NCBI GenBank assembly: GCA_029953675.1
Contig: JAMWBK010000005.1
Location: 1,550,001 to 1,614,000, forward strand
Reading direction: 5' to 3'
Length of the DNA: 64,000 nt
From: Rhodosorus marinus CCMP1338
Lineage: Eukaryota > Plantae > Rhodophyta
The stretch's first letter is position 1; each line of letters opens with the position of its first letter. The notes below the pieces were generated by a model that was not told the DNA's origin, made no database searches, and saw nothing but the letters and a program-made list of their open reading frames with translations. The translations under genes were made by a program, and so were the position numbers. Below, piece by piece: positions 1 through 12,380 of this stretch.

Positions 1-62
1 AGTGAAACGTTGTTTCCTTTTTGCCGCTTCTGACTAGCATAATCTTGAATCTTGCTGCTCAG

Positions 63-823
63 AATCTGCCATCGAAGACTTGGACGAAGGTGCTGATGAC
101 TATGAAATGCAGAAGAGAATTCTGGAGCGCTCACTACCAGGGGTAGAAAGCGAGAAAATGAAGAGAAGAGCAATGGCTCATTGCGTCAGGTTTTCCCCCA
201 CAAGCCGAGCTTGGGCTGCAATGACGTCCGAAGGCCTTCTTATCTATTCCGCGGGTTCTAAATGGACCCAAAGCTTTGATCCAACCGCTCTCGAGGTGGA
301 TATTACAGCGGAAGCAGCGGAAGATGCTGCTGGGCGCTCTGACTATCCGCTCGCTATCCAAATCGCGATACGATACGGAGATTCCAAGGTGCTTTCCGAC
401 TTGATTTATCGAACACCAGTGGAGGCCTTCAGCTCCGTGCTCCAAAGCATCGAACCTCAGCATTTTGAAAAGTGAGTTCCGGGTATAAAGTGGTGATAGA
501 TGTATGGACCAAGCGTGCTAATCGCTTCTTTCTTCGGGCCTTTTAACAGATTGTTGACACTCCTGGTCTCGAGAATCGAACAGCGACCTTACATTGGTTT
601 CGACCTAGAGTTTACGAGAGCACTGTTGCTGGAGTTTGGCTACCGAGGACTACTTGGGGATCTGGAACTTGTCTCCGCGATTCGCGCGCTTCAGAGATCA
701 GTCAGCGGACATTGGGACCGTCTGTCGGGACTTTGTGAATCGAACGGACATAAGATCGACTTTATTCTCTCACAGTGTGTTTTGCCGAAGGACGAGGAGG
801 TGAATGGCCCTTCTGAACCCTAG
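63..823 (+). CDS. PWP2: Periodic tryptophan protein 2 (UTP1), C-terminal part; the gene starts upstream of the window
   Basis: CVRFSPTSRAWAAMTSEGLLIYS matches the last WD repeat of PWP2, followed by a Utp12/Dip2-like tail. GT-AG intron 472-549 joins HFEK to LLTLLVSRIEQRPYIGF in frame. Confidence 0.85.
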
Positions 824-2939
824 GAGAGCCAGTGAACACCTTTTTTTGCACAATGCCAGCCCCGCACCGTACAGCTGAGGTAGACAGAATACTTGTCTTA
901 CCACCGCGCTGAAGTTCTAGGACGTTTGACGAGTTGATTTTTTGAGGAAAGTCAGAATCGTTGAATGTAGCTATCAGCAGGCATGAGAGCTCTGCTCCGC
1001 ACTGGCTGGTGCTAACTTCAAGTCGCGTGTTTCAAGTGACGACTCGTACACGTTCGCGTCCCAGGAGGACTGAGACTACCTATACCAAACAGATGTGAAA
1101 TAGATGGTTGTCGATAGGTATCTACTATCCTAGTGCGAATTCACATGCCGATGACCGCTTGCCGTCAGGAACAGAAAAAGTCTGTTCATCCTCCACCAGC
1201 ATCGGGTTGAACGGGAGGCATGGATTCAGAGCGAAAGTCGGCGGAACACTGTGAACCAGACTTAAGGAATCTGACGATTTCTTCAGCGACGTCATCACCA
1301 CCACAGGAGCGAGTGACCCGTTCTTCTTAATACCACCGTTGGCATGGTGCTCCCCTTGGACGCGTTGTAAATAAATGCTTACGAACTAGGATACAATCGA
1401 GTCTCTCTGCATTAAGTAGACCTCTCACTAGTCACATCGTCATTCGAAACTGATGAACAGATGACCTACAATGGAGTTGTGCTTTTCGAAGCAGGGGGTC
1501 TTCGCCCTTGACGAACTCTCATGCCGCTCTCCTCTCTTCAGTGGCCTGATAGAACTAGGCGGACCCTTTGTTGGGACTGAGCTACTCGAGAGGTGTTGAG
1601 AACCTTGTACCAGCACAACGCCTTGGAGCGACTTGTGCTGCCCGCTTGGCATGCTTGGGAAAGTTGGAAAACTTACCTGCAGCCACTTCTGAGCCTTCTC
1701 TATCAGACCTGCTGGAAACTCAGCTGCTCTGGTACAACTTCGACAGTCAGAGATGACAGTCAAAGATTCACGTAAGGGTCCATTCGCTTGCGGTTTGCGT
1801 TGCTTAGGCCCCGTCGAGGGAAGGGCAGGAGCTTCCAATAGAGAATCAAGCTACAGAGAGGACGGCCCATAGCGGATAATAGTGTGAGTTAGGAAGCTCA
1901 TACGCCCTTAGGGAGGAGGGACTCAAGTTGTTGATCGAAAGGAGACATGGTTCATGACAACGAAATATGCATTCTCACAGGGTGAAATTCCGTGGTCACC
2001 GACTAGAGCAAGCAGTTTCTCCTCAACAGCCGAAGCCGGCCCAGCAGGATCATCTCCTTTCCACCAACACCCCAGCGACGTGTAACATTGCCCACCTACC
2101 CTTGGCCCGATGGAAAGTCCCGGAACATTGGGCACTTTGCTGGCCCACCAGATAATCTCTTTCAACCATTGCAACGACGGCAGCATTGGCCAAAACTCCC
2201 TTTTCGGCCCATGTCTACTGGTAGATCAACATTGGCCGTACCAAAGAGGGTTTTGGGCCAGGAAAAGATCTGGGAACATTGGGCACTTTCTATTCTACCA
2301 TGTTGTCCCGTAAGATATTGTCTCTTTTTTGATGAGCTCGTGCTTGCTCTCCGAAAGTCTGTTCCCTCCGCTACTTCGCAAACAGACGATGCCTGCCTAG
2401 CAAAGGTATGCATAGCCAGCCGCTTGCAAAGCGTACTTATGGAAATAGCTGACGAGCTCATCGTGAGAGAAATGTAACTAGTAAGGCCCTACTCTTTGCT
2501 CCTTTCTTGACTTGGTCAGTAGTTCACGACTTCTTTTGCGGCCTTTGGACCGTTGTTGAATATCTTGTTTTCCCCCCATTGTTCCTTTGACAGTCTTCCG
2601 GCTTAGGAGGTAAAACCTGAGCGCAGTTGCCGGCTCCTTCGCAGTGGGAGCTTTTTTGATTTGGGGAATCGCAACACCTCCGTTGATCAGAAGACGCAGG
2701 ATCTGCGGAAAGCCCTCGTCAGGCCGGTGGGAAACTCTACTTTTACGAAAGCGAGCAGGGAACGTCCCGGTGAGATGTAGGTGTATCTGAGGCGAAGCTT
2801 TAGTAATTGACTTTTATGTCTCAAGCAAGTGGCTAGCGTGTGAAAAATGCTATATACAAGTATTGAATCTTGGCCGGGGATTGAGTTCGAGTTTGCTTTT
2901 TTTTAGACGAACGTTTCAGCGGGGACAGTCGGGCGAGAG

Positions 2940-4852
2940 ATGGATCACTTACTGAGGAGGAAGAACCGTTCGAATGATGCGGAGAATGGGCTTCAGGAGA
3001 AGGATTATGATTCAAAGACGAAGGCCCTGCCCAGGCTTCCGAGGCTAACCCGGCAGAACGCGAAGAGTTATGCTGTAGCGTTGGTACTGTGTCTCGTTTT
3101 ATGCTTTGTGCTGCTGAACGCGGCTAGAATGTTTTTGTTCAGAAATTTGCTGGGCTCTGGATCACAGACTTACCAAAATTACGAATTGAGGTTCGTGAAC
3201 AAGTCGACGGCGATGAGGCAGATGGATCGAAACATGATGATTACAGCAAATCATAGAATTAACCTAAGAGAGCACGAGAAATTCATGACGAGGTTAATGA
3301 CTGTTCTGGACAGGGAAATTTCTCATTGCAACTACACCAGAGGCAATGCGCTTAATCTGTGCTGTTTGGTGAGTAGGTGATTGCAGAACCATTTGCAATG
3401 GGGGATGTTCTCTAATACGCGCTCTTCCAAACTTGGAATCAGTTCCGGAAAAATAATGTGATGAGATGCTTCCCATCACTTATCGGAATTGGAGCACAGA
3501 AGAGCGGAAGCACGGTCCTCTTTGCACGCATGATGGTAGATTCAAGGATTCATCAGGGTGATAAGAAAGAGCATCATTTTTTCGACTTTGACGACAGATG
3601 GGTTTTCGGGGCCGGTATGTATCTAAGAAGCTTTCCGGGGTTAAACCAGCAACAGATTTACGAGGGAATTGCTGCGGAGTATACTCCGTCCTACATTCTT
3701 CCGAGAATGGCAATGCGCCGAATGCGAAACTTGCTTCCGCATTCACGTTTGTTGATGGTCGTTAGAGATCCCGTGGATAGGGCTTGGAGCGAGATTCAGA
3801 TGAAACTGCGAAACGACGAAGCGCTAGTTGCCTACACTCGAACGTTGATGGCCGATCAAGACATTTCTTCTTGCTTTGTCAAGTACGGGAACTCAGCTTT
3901 TTTCAAACATCGAGTTTGCCGATCAATCTCAAGAGCCGCTTTCTTTGCTTCGTTTTCGGATAGGGGAAACGCAACGAGATTTGACAAAGTCTTCAAAGCC
4001 TGTGTCCCTAAAAACCTGCAGAAAAGCCCAAGAGCGTTCGGCTTTCAGATTCGAGCCACGAGATTCTTCCGCAACACCACCAGGGTCAACGACTGCATTG
4101 ACCAGCTGAAGCTCTCGGACATGCCTGGCGAGACCTGGACACACTGTATGATTACTCCTCCGAAAGACATGATCGCGCTTGAGGATGACGAGCACGACAT
4201 AGTGCAGGATCTGTATAGGGAAAGAACTCAGCTCGCTAATTGCTTCAAGACTCAGCAAAGATTGTGTCACGGAATGGCAAACCGGAAACCTTCGGACATT
4301 AGCACGGACTATTTATACCGGGGTACGTACTATGTGCAATTCGGTTGGCCCTGCTCGCGGACGAGGAAGCGCTGTTCTGAACGTCGCGTATATCCCTTAC
4401 GCTACCTTTTGTGCAGGGCTTTACGCTTATCACATCGAGGAATGCTGGAGATGGTTTCCGAAGGAGCAGCTACTTGTAATTGAAAACGAGGAAGTGAAGT
4501 CAGAGCCGGATAAAGTTATGCAGAAGATGCTTCGGCACGCAGGACTGCCGCCAGTAGATGCTGGCAACGATGAAGACGCATGGAAAGAGTTCAGGAAGCA
4601 CTATCCGGGCTTTGAAGATTCTACAGGCTGGAAGCATTCGAAGCCTATGCCAGATATACCCGCGAAGGTAAGCAGAAAAAGGCTAGCTACATTCCCTGAC
4701 TCTCATCAATTCGCGGCCTTACGAGTTAGGTTCTGTTGCTTGTATAGGTTCGAGAATTCCTAGTTTACTTTTATGAGAAGCCCGGTCAAAGGCTGGAGGA
4801 GCTGATTGGGAGGAAGTTTCCGCATTGGCAGAAACCTCAAAGACTAGAGTAA
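2940..4852 (+). CDS. Type II membrane (Golgi-type) PAPS-dependent sulfotransferase, heparan sulfate 3-O/NDST-like fold
   Basis: N-terminal TM (YAVALVLCLVLCFVLL), 5'-PSB loop IGIGAQKSGST, EYTPSY, 3'-PB motif RDPVDRAWS, RGLYAYHIEECWRWFPKEQLLVI and a C-terminal FLVYFYEKPGQRLEELIGRKFPHW. Introns 3369-3442, 4323-4416 and about 4668-4747 give a continuous frame. Confidence 0.85.
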
Positions 4853-6665
4853 CTCCCAGCATGTCTCAAGCACATCCCCTCACATTCTTCTTGTCATAAT
4901 ATTTCATATTTAGCCTGTGACTTGTCCCTAGTTGACACCTAATAACCCATAGGCGTACCTGTGCGCGCAGTTTTTGCTGAGCAACCGGGGGAGGGTTTTT
5001 GCAGCACTTTGTTAAGTTCGCCTAAGCAATCGTTGCTAAGCCGCGAAAGTAAATACCATTCTTAACTGAATCTACTCCAACATCTTTTGTCGGATGCGAG
5101 TTTTAATATCGAGGGCAAAACCTTCCTCAGCAGATTGCTGCCCAAACGAATCATCAGTTGCATTAAGGATTCGAAAAGTGCAGTGCTTGCATGGCGTACT
5201 TCTCGAAAAGATGGACATCGAGCTTGGAAACGTCCGCGCCGACCCTAGCGATCAAGATATAGCCCTGCTCGACAGGATTGGTACATGTTGGAGATTGCTG
5301 AGCTTCAGTACGGGGGCAGCAGATACTCGGGAAAAGAAATTTTTCAAGTTCTTACTGACGATGGGATGTCGGACATCCTCAAAGCTAATTCTCCGATGAA
5401 CATAAGGAGCAAGCAACCCTTTCCGATGTAGAGGTTTCCAACTTTGCTGATGTCAACAAGCAGTTCCACGCCGTGCATTTCCAGAACCACCTCATTCTGA
5501 ATGAGTCGCTTCATCCTTAACAAGAAACACGTTGCCACATACCTTTTCAGGGCTGTGACAGCGGGGGGAGGCATAGTTCTTCTTTGTGGGAAAGCAGGGG
5601 ATCAAAGAATTCAGCTCACCGACCAACCACCCGCACTGATGTACCAAGGAAGGATCCATCGCTTCCCTGAACCAATTCTTGTAAAAGTACAAGCTTTCCA
5701 TGATTAACCAAAGCATGACTCATTCTGATGAACGACCACCTGTCCTACCGTTCGCCCTGAACTATCTCTCAGAGGCAAACTCGAGAACTTCTTAAGCAAA
5801 ACATTCGACGGTAACATATTAACTATTCAATACCTTCCTGACCAATTAAAATACTGGCAGCTCGCGATTAGCGTAAATAGCTTAGTTATTTACACTTTAT
5901 TGGTTGATTCTATCCAATGAACATTCTTAAAGTACAGTACAGTGGACAATCATCCAATTAATCCAGAGAAATGTGCTTACTAGATTGGGTTGGGAGACAC
6001 CATTGGCGTGGACGCGGGCGTCCATGCTTAGAAGGTCACCAGTACATAGTCAATGTATTCTTTTGTAACGGAAAAGGGTTCCTTTAGCGAACGATGTTTT
6101 GGCCAAAGCTAAGCGAAAACTTCCCAATTCCTCCTGTCCTGGTGGACATGGACAGCCGTGGACGAGCAAAGTTCGGGAAGCTTTTTGCGCGCCACCGTCT
6201 TACAGACAGCCTTCAAGCTTGCTTTGATTACTTGTCTGGAGACAAGAGCACTTCTGTAGTTGATTAAGCAGAAATATCCGCTTTCTATTCCTTTTCGCAG
6301 AGGAAAAGGTTCCTCAGACCCGCCGCCCCCCTCCCCGGAGCCTAAGGACTGGCTGCCTTCGTTGACTTTCGTTAGCGAAGGCACCCCGTCCTTATGAACA
6401 GCTCCGCCGCAAGACCTCTTATCGGTGAAGTTCTTCGGCGTACGTACTAGATGCTCATTTGAAAGATTTCCGCAGTTCAAGTTGACGAGTTTGCTCTTCA
6501 CCAAAGCCCAAATGGAATTTGCACACTCGCCGTCGGCAACATTTTCTCGTCGATAGGCAGGCTCAGGATGCTGGAGCAAGGGGTATTTTGGATTACACCT
6601 CTCGCAGCTTTTTCCATTGACAGTGAGAGGTCCTAGTAGTTGGAGACTAGAAGACCTGAAACGTC

Positions 6666-7505
6666 ATGGCTGAGATGACAAGAAGTGAGCTGAGAAGGAA
6701 CCGGGTGCTGGTTTTAAGCACCCGAGGGGTGACGGCTAGGTTTCGCCACTTGATGGAAGACCTGAGGAAGCTTCTTCCTCACGGGAAGAAAGAATCAAAG
6801 CTGGATACGAAGGATAGGCTGAGTTCAGCGAACGAAATCTGCGAGCTTAGGAACTGCAATTGGTGTCTGCTCTTCGAATGCAGGAAACATGAGGATCTGT
6901 ACATGTGGGTGACGTCAATACCCAACGGGCCTTCTGTGAAGTTTCACGTTAGCAATGTACACACTATGGCCGAGTTGAAGTTTGCTGGCAACAATCTTCT
7001 GTTTTCACGTGCGCTCCTGTCGTTTGACGAGAAGTTTAAGAGCACTCCACATTTCCGTCTGCTTAAAGAAATGCTAACCAACCTGTTCTCGGCGCCGGAA
7101 GGACACCGCAAAACGAAGCCTTTCGTGGATCATATCATCAGCTTTCATATTCTGGACAAACGTATTTGGATTAGGCATTATCAGATCGTTGAAGCGACGG
7201 AAGGTCTGAAGACAACGAAGGCTGAGAAGTCCTCATCATCGGATCTCGTTGAAATCGGTCCTAGGTTGGTGTTGAGCCCCGTTCGAATCTTTTCCGAGAG
7301 CTTTTACGGCTCTACGCTGTACGAGAATCCAGTCTTTGTGCATCCCAATGTAGTTCGGAGGATGCTCCGAAACCAGAACTCAAAAGCATATGAGAGGAGA
7401 ACAATTCGCAAGCAGAAGACGGAGAAGCGGAAACAGAAACTCGGAAGGGAGAAGAACCAGGTTGACAACATTTTCGCGGAAGAACCAGAAAGCGAGGAGG
7501 ACTGA
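6666..7505 (+). CDS. BRX1: Ribosome biogenesis protein BRX1 (Brix domain), intronless ORF of 279 aa
   Basis: RVLVLSTRG..RFRHLMEDL..LLPHGKKESKLD, PNGPSVKFHVSNVHTMAELKFAGN, KTKPFVDH, LVEIGPRLVLSPVRIFSESFYGSTLYENP. Confidence 0.95.
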   Translation: MAEMTRSELRRNRVLVLSTRGVTARFRHLMEDLRKLLPHGKKESKLDTKDRLSSANEICELRNCNWCLLFECRKHEDLYMWVTSIPNGPSVKFHVSNVHTMAELKFAGNNLLFSRALLSFDEKFKSTPHFRLLKEMLTNLFSAPEGHRKTKPFVDHIISFHILDKRIWIRHYQIVEATEGLKTTKAEKSSSSDLVEIGPRLVLSPVRIFSESFYGSTLYENPVFVHPNVVRRMLRNQNSKAYERRTIRKQKTEKRKQKLGREKNQVDNIFAEEPESEED

Positions 7506-7719
7506 ATGGACCCAGGTTTTGCTGCTTGGTACTGAAACCCAGGCTTCGGCAGCACAGCGGCGACATCGACCTCGTCCGTACGTTGACATTGGGCCAAACG
7601 GACCTAAGCGTTGAAGACGGGCTACTGGGTGTTCGTTTTCAATAGAATCGTTATCGTCTCAACTTAGCCCTAACATATTGAGCTATGTACACGCTAAGAA
7701 CAAGAGCACAGAAAGAATG

Positions 7720-9764
7720 CTACGTGGTTTGCGGAGATCCACTGCGGGCAAGGACTTCTTTGTCGTCCACCGGTTCCTCCTCAGTGGGGCTGGCGTCATG
7801 GCGTTGGTCGTAAGAGGCGTTCGCATCTCCTGGCTCGGAGCTCTCGCTGACTTCTGGAACGACGTTGACTGGTTCTGGAAACCATCCTTCGTCGGGGAAA
7901 TTTGATCGGAACAGAGCTTCTGCCTGTTCGATTGCGCTGTTTTGTATCATGATTTTAGGAAAGATAATTTGAGAAAATCTGGCTTGGATATTAAGGACCG
8001 GCGCGTATTAATGAAGTGGTATGCGGGTCGCGACTCTTACCCTGTAAAGTCAATCTCAACTGGTACATCATGAATCCATTCCAAGTTACTCGGACGGGAT
8101 CCATGTTCCTTTCTTGTCCACATTCGCTGCTTGAAGATTATTCCGCGAGAAATTTTCTCACTATAGCTCTCACCAAGTACGCGAGCCAAAGCACTGCGGA
8201 TGTCCTCTTCCGTACCCGAACCGTCAACGCATTCCGCGTACAAGACGAAATAGCCGTCGCCGCATACCCCCAGCGAGGAATCAACCTGCCAGACTCGAAC
8301 GGTCGACGTACGACTGCCAACGCCTTTTGGAACGATGACCAGCGTCCGTGAATGTCCATCCAAGATTGCTCTTTGAAGAACTCCCACAAACCTCCACACA
8401 ACGTCTTCCTCACCTGTGCGCAGGGCTTGTTAGCAAAAGGTGAAATGTTCCGTTGACCATGGGACTCAACTCACCTAGTCTACCAGGGTCGAACATCGAG
8501 GAAGCAAAAACATGCCTGGTGTTCAACCTATCGCCTGCAGTCGTCAAGATCCCAGAAACCGCTCCATCCTCAAGGAGAATTTCTTCAACGGCTCTGCGGA
8601 GAACGTATATGCTGCCGTTCACAGCAGAGATTCTACAGAAAGCCTGCGAAAGCTCGCTTCCACCGTAGTTGGTCAGTAGGAGCGCGTTTCCAGTTCCATA
8701 TCTGAGTACATTCAAGTCGTCCGTGGTTTCAGCTATAGATGGTTTCCCCCAGAAAAGGAAGTGGCGCAAATACCTCGCAAGAGATGAGAAATAGAGCTGC
8801 AGCAAGTCCCTGCCGTGCTGCACAGATATGGATTTTGGATCTTCAACAAATATGAGAGCGTTTGATATTAGGGTTCGAAGCTTTTCATTCAGCAACATCG
8901 CCTCCATGTACTCATCAAAGTTCGAGCTCGACATCTGCTTTTCTCTTTGCTCGTCGGTGGTGGTATCTGCCAGCGAAGATAGAATCAACTAAGCGTCTGT
9001 CCTTCTTTGGTCGAGATGGAGATATCGACAACCTTCTTAGACTACCTTCATCTGTGCAGATTTTTACAAACCTCATTAAGAGTCGCTTCTCTGGGGCGGA
9101 AATCAGTCGACTCTGGAAGACTTCAGATCTTTGCGAAGGACAAAATCGGCAGTACGAAGATTTGAGATCAGATCTTGGGCAGGGAAGATGGACGCTTCAC
9201 TTGTGAGCTACCTCGACTGAGGAACTCTTTGAATTCCTCCTGGAGTATCTCCAAAGTCCAAGAAAGACGCGTTCAAAGCTTTGAAGTCTACGTAGTCCCC
9301 CCCGCCAGACTTAACGAGAAGGTTTACCATTGTTCCGTTGCAGAACAAAGGCCGCGGGGTAATGTCCACGGAAGCCTAGAGAACGAGGATACGCAACCAT
9401 TAGGTCCGCTATGGATTCGAACTCGGGAACAACTAAGCCGCTGTACCTTTATTGCATCATCGACGGACCCGAAGTTCGCCACAACTTCAATCCGAGACTG
9501 GAGCGATCTATTAGCAAGTTTGATTCTCTCAGAATTGATGCTCTCCCAAGTGTCATTCTCTGTAGCCAGGCCATTAGGTATCTCAGAAGTCCTGATCAAT
9601 TCTTCGAGGTCGATTGTCGTCCAACTGTCGCCATAAGTGGACCCTTTCTCCAAATGAAGCACTTGCCGCCCCGTTCGAGCGATAGCGGCCGCAAGTATGG
9701 ACTCGGATATACCAGTGCCAACGATCACTACATCCACGTCGCCTATATCTATAGCAGCGTCCAT
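7720..9764 (-). CDS. REP: Rab escort protein (Rab geranylgeranyltransferase component A; GDI/REP family), multi-exon
   Basis: N-terminus DVVIVGTGISESILAAAIARTGRQVLHLE, FCRISAVNGSIYVL, and a REP-type C-terminus AEALFRSNFPDEGWFPEP, spread over several minus-strand ORF pieces separated by introns. Confidence 0.85.
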
Positions 9765-12380
9765 GCTTCAAACAGGCTGTAACCTCTTCCCACTGGGTCC
9801 GGGAATCACCTTAGTACCACGAAACTGGCCACCACATGTTAACCTCCCCAGCGGAAAGCGACAGCGCGACTTCCGATCAGCACCCGTTGTACTCCGATGC
9901 TCAAAGGCTTAAAGCTTGAAGCCAGGAAAGCCTGCCTTGACTGTGGGCTTGCAACCTTAACAGAACTCCATCGCATGGAATCTCAACACCCCATTTGATC
10001 GGTTTTCGAAGCCTGTTCAATTGATGCGAGTGATTGGACAGAAAAGAACGATCTTTCAATGTACGCTAATTAAGACTTTGCACGTGTTTTATATACCATC
10101 CAAAAAACAACACACGTCCTTAAGATATTAAAAACAAGGTCTTCTATCGAATAGACAATTCATACGTGTCTTGTAACTTTTATCCAATGATTTATCATCA
10201 AATGTCCCAAGGAGCTTTTGTTCTCCTCAAAAGGGGATTACATCTTGGCCACTTGAAATACGAAGCTCAAGCCCAATCATCGGCGGCGACTAGGGTTCTC
10301 GGTTCAATCAACTGAATCCTACCTCAGGATTTCCCGAATTATTTCAGATTGGTTGAGATGTATCCAATCAAAATCAAGTCTAAGCGACAGGTGTCGACTT
10401 TTCGGTTCGTTTCGTTAGCTTTTCACCAATGATTTTTTACCGAGTATGTTTTATGAACGAGACATGGCTATTGTTCGGACCCCTGATCCCCCTCCCCCTC
10501 CCCCTCTCTACTATTCGCCTATATTTTTTTCAGGGCTTCAACGAAAATATCTTTAGTTTCTGAACGTCCCCGGACGCCTTCAATACTTCCGCTACGGGGG
10601 GGGGGGTACGGGGGATGTCCTTGGCTTCCAAGCTCTTTGGTTCTTGCTGTGGTTTAGGGGGGCAGGTCGTTTCGCCTCACCACTATTTCTTCAGTAAAAC
10701 AACGAATATTGTTGAAAGGCCCGGTACGAGTCTAAATCGTGGACCGGATTTTCAGGGCTGTTGTGGCCGTTGCATAGACGGCTGGCAAACCGGCAGTGCA
10801 TAGAGTAGGCGTCATTGACTGATGAAAGATCCTATTAATTTTCTTCCAATCAACAGTCCTTGATGAATAGTTTTCTCTTCAAAAGAGGAAACTACGGTCA
10901 ATGAAAGATCTCCATCACAACCTTGCTTCCCACATCACAATTTTTTTCAACTATATTAGTCAATATTCGCTGTCCATTGTCCAATCATTGGGCCTTTAGT
11001 ATTGTTCGCATCTTCATTGGTTCAGACGACGATTTTTTTAGTCCCATTCAAATGTCAAACCAACTACCAAGTTCTTCCACCCCCCTCCCCCCGCCCCCCG
11101 GTGGCCATCACGTGTCAAAAAGGCTTTCAAAGAATTATTTACTACTAAACTATAAAAAACGTGTCTAAGGCTCTGTTGACGAGGAGGGAGTAAGCTGTTC
11201 TTTGATTCCGCCGGCATGGGAAACGAACCCCCCTCTCACCCCCCTCTCACCTTCCGAACTCGAAATTCACTGAAACTCCGCAAGATAGTTCGATTTGGCA
11301 CTGCGGACCCGGACCCCGCATCCGCACGGCGGAGATTTTACATGATCAAAATATTAAAATGGCTATACCCATGGTAAATCGTTCATCCACAAAAAGAAAA
11401 AATCATATTATCATTTATTTAGGTACATTATGTGACGAAATGGTTGCAAAGGAAAGGGGGGTAAATCGGAAGTTCGTTGAAAAATTCCACGTTGGCGCTT
11501 CACCCCCTTTAATAAATATGGGACGATTCTAGTAGCAATCACAAGGATTCATAGATTCTTTTTTTTTTCTCGCTTTCTTTAGTCCTCTTGCGAAGTTTTT
11601 TTTTGGTCGAAGCTGTCCTGCACAACGAGCGGTAGAAAGACACAAAGAAGAAAAACTAAAAACACAAAACAAAAAAAGTATGTACGCTAATATTTGTACG
11701 ACCATAGCGTATACATATACTCCAATGTTTAATAAAATAAGAGGCATGGACAATTTTTTTCGCGGTTTGAAGTCCTTTTCTCGCGTAAGGGGTGGTACGT
11801 TCTTCATCCCTCCTACGTCTGCTGGTCTCTTTAAGGCAACATGCCAAAATCACCCTCCCCTAGAAATTCTCAATTATCCGGTCGAGTTCGCTTAATATTT
11901 CAAAGGGTTAGATTTCATGTTAATTTTCTATTATTTGTATTTCAAAATTATTTAGCTTAATATTTGGTATGTAGGTTTGTGAATAAGAGTGGGTACGATC
12001 AGAAATAAGATGTTATGACTCAATTGTTTTAGGGGTTGTTTATTCCTACGTGAACGCTAACTAGCGACAAGCGGGGTTTTTCGTTACGGGGGGTTAAAGG
12101 GGATAGAAGATCGGGGATTGCATGCAGAACGAGTTTGTTCCCAGGGCTTTTTCCTTTCTTCGGGGGAAGAGGATCGTTGGGGAAGCTTTTATTTGTGAAA
12201 GGAGTTGGTGAGGGTTTGATAGAGGTGCACTCATTTGTGGTGAGGTCGTTGGAGAGGGCAGGAGAACGTGTCTGTTTCTTTTAGGGAAGGCTTGGTTGGT
12301 TGGTACTCTTACGGTGGAGGGTTTGTGTTCGTCTGCCTTCTTTTTTTTTTGAGTAGGATCGTATTTTTTTGCTTTTCGAG

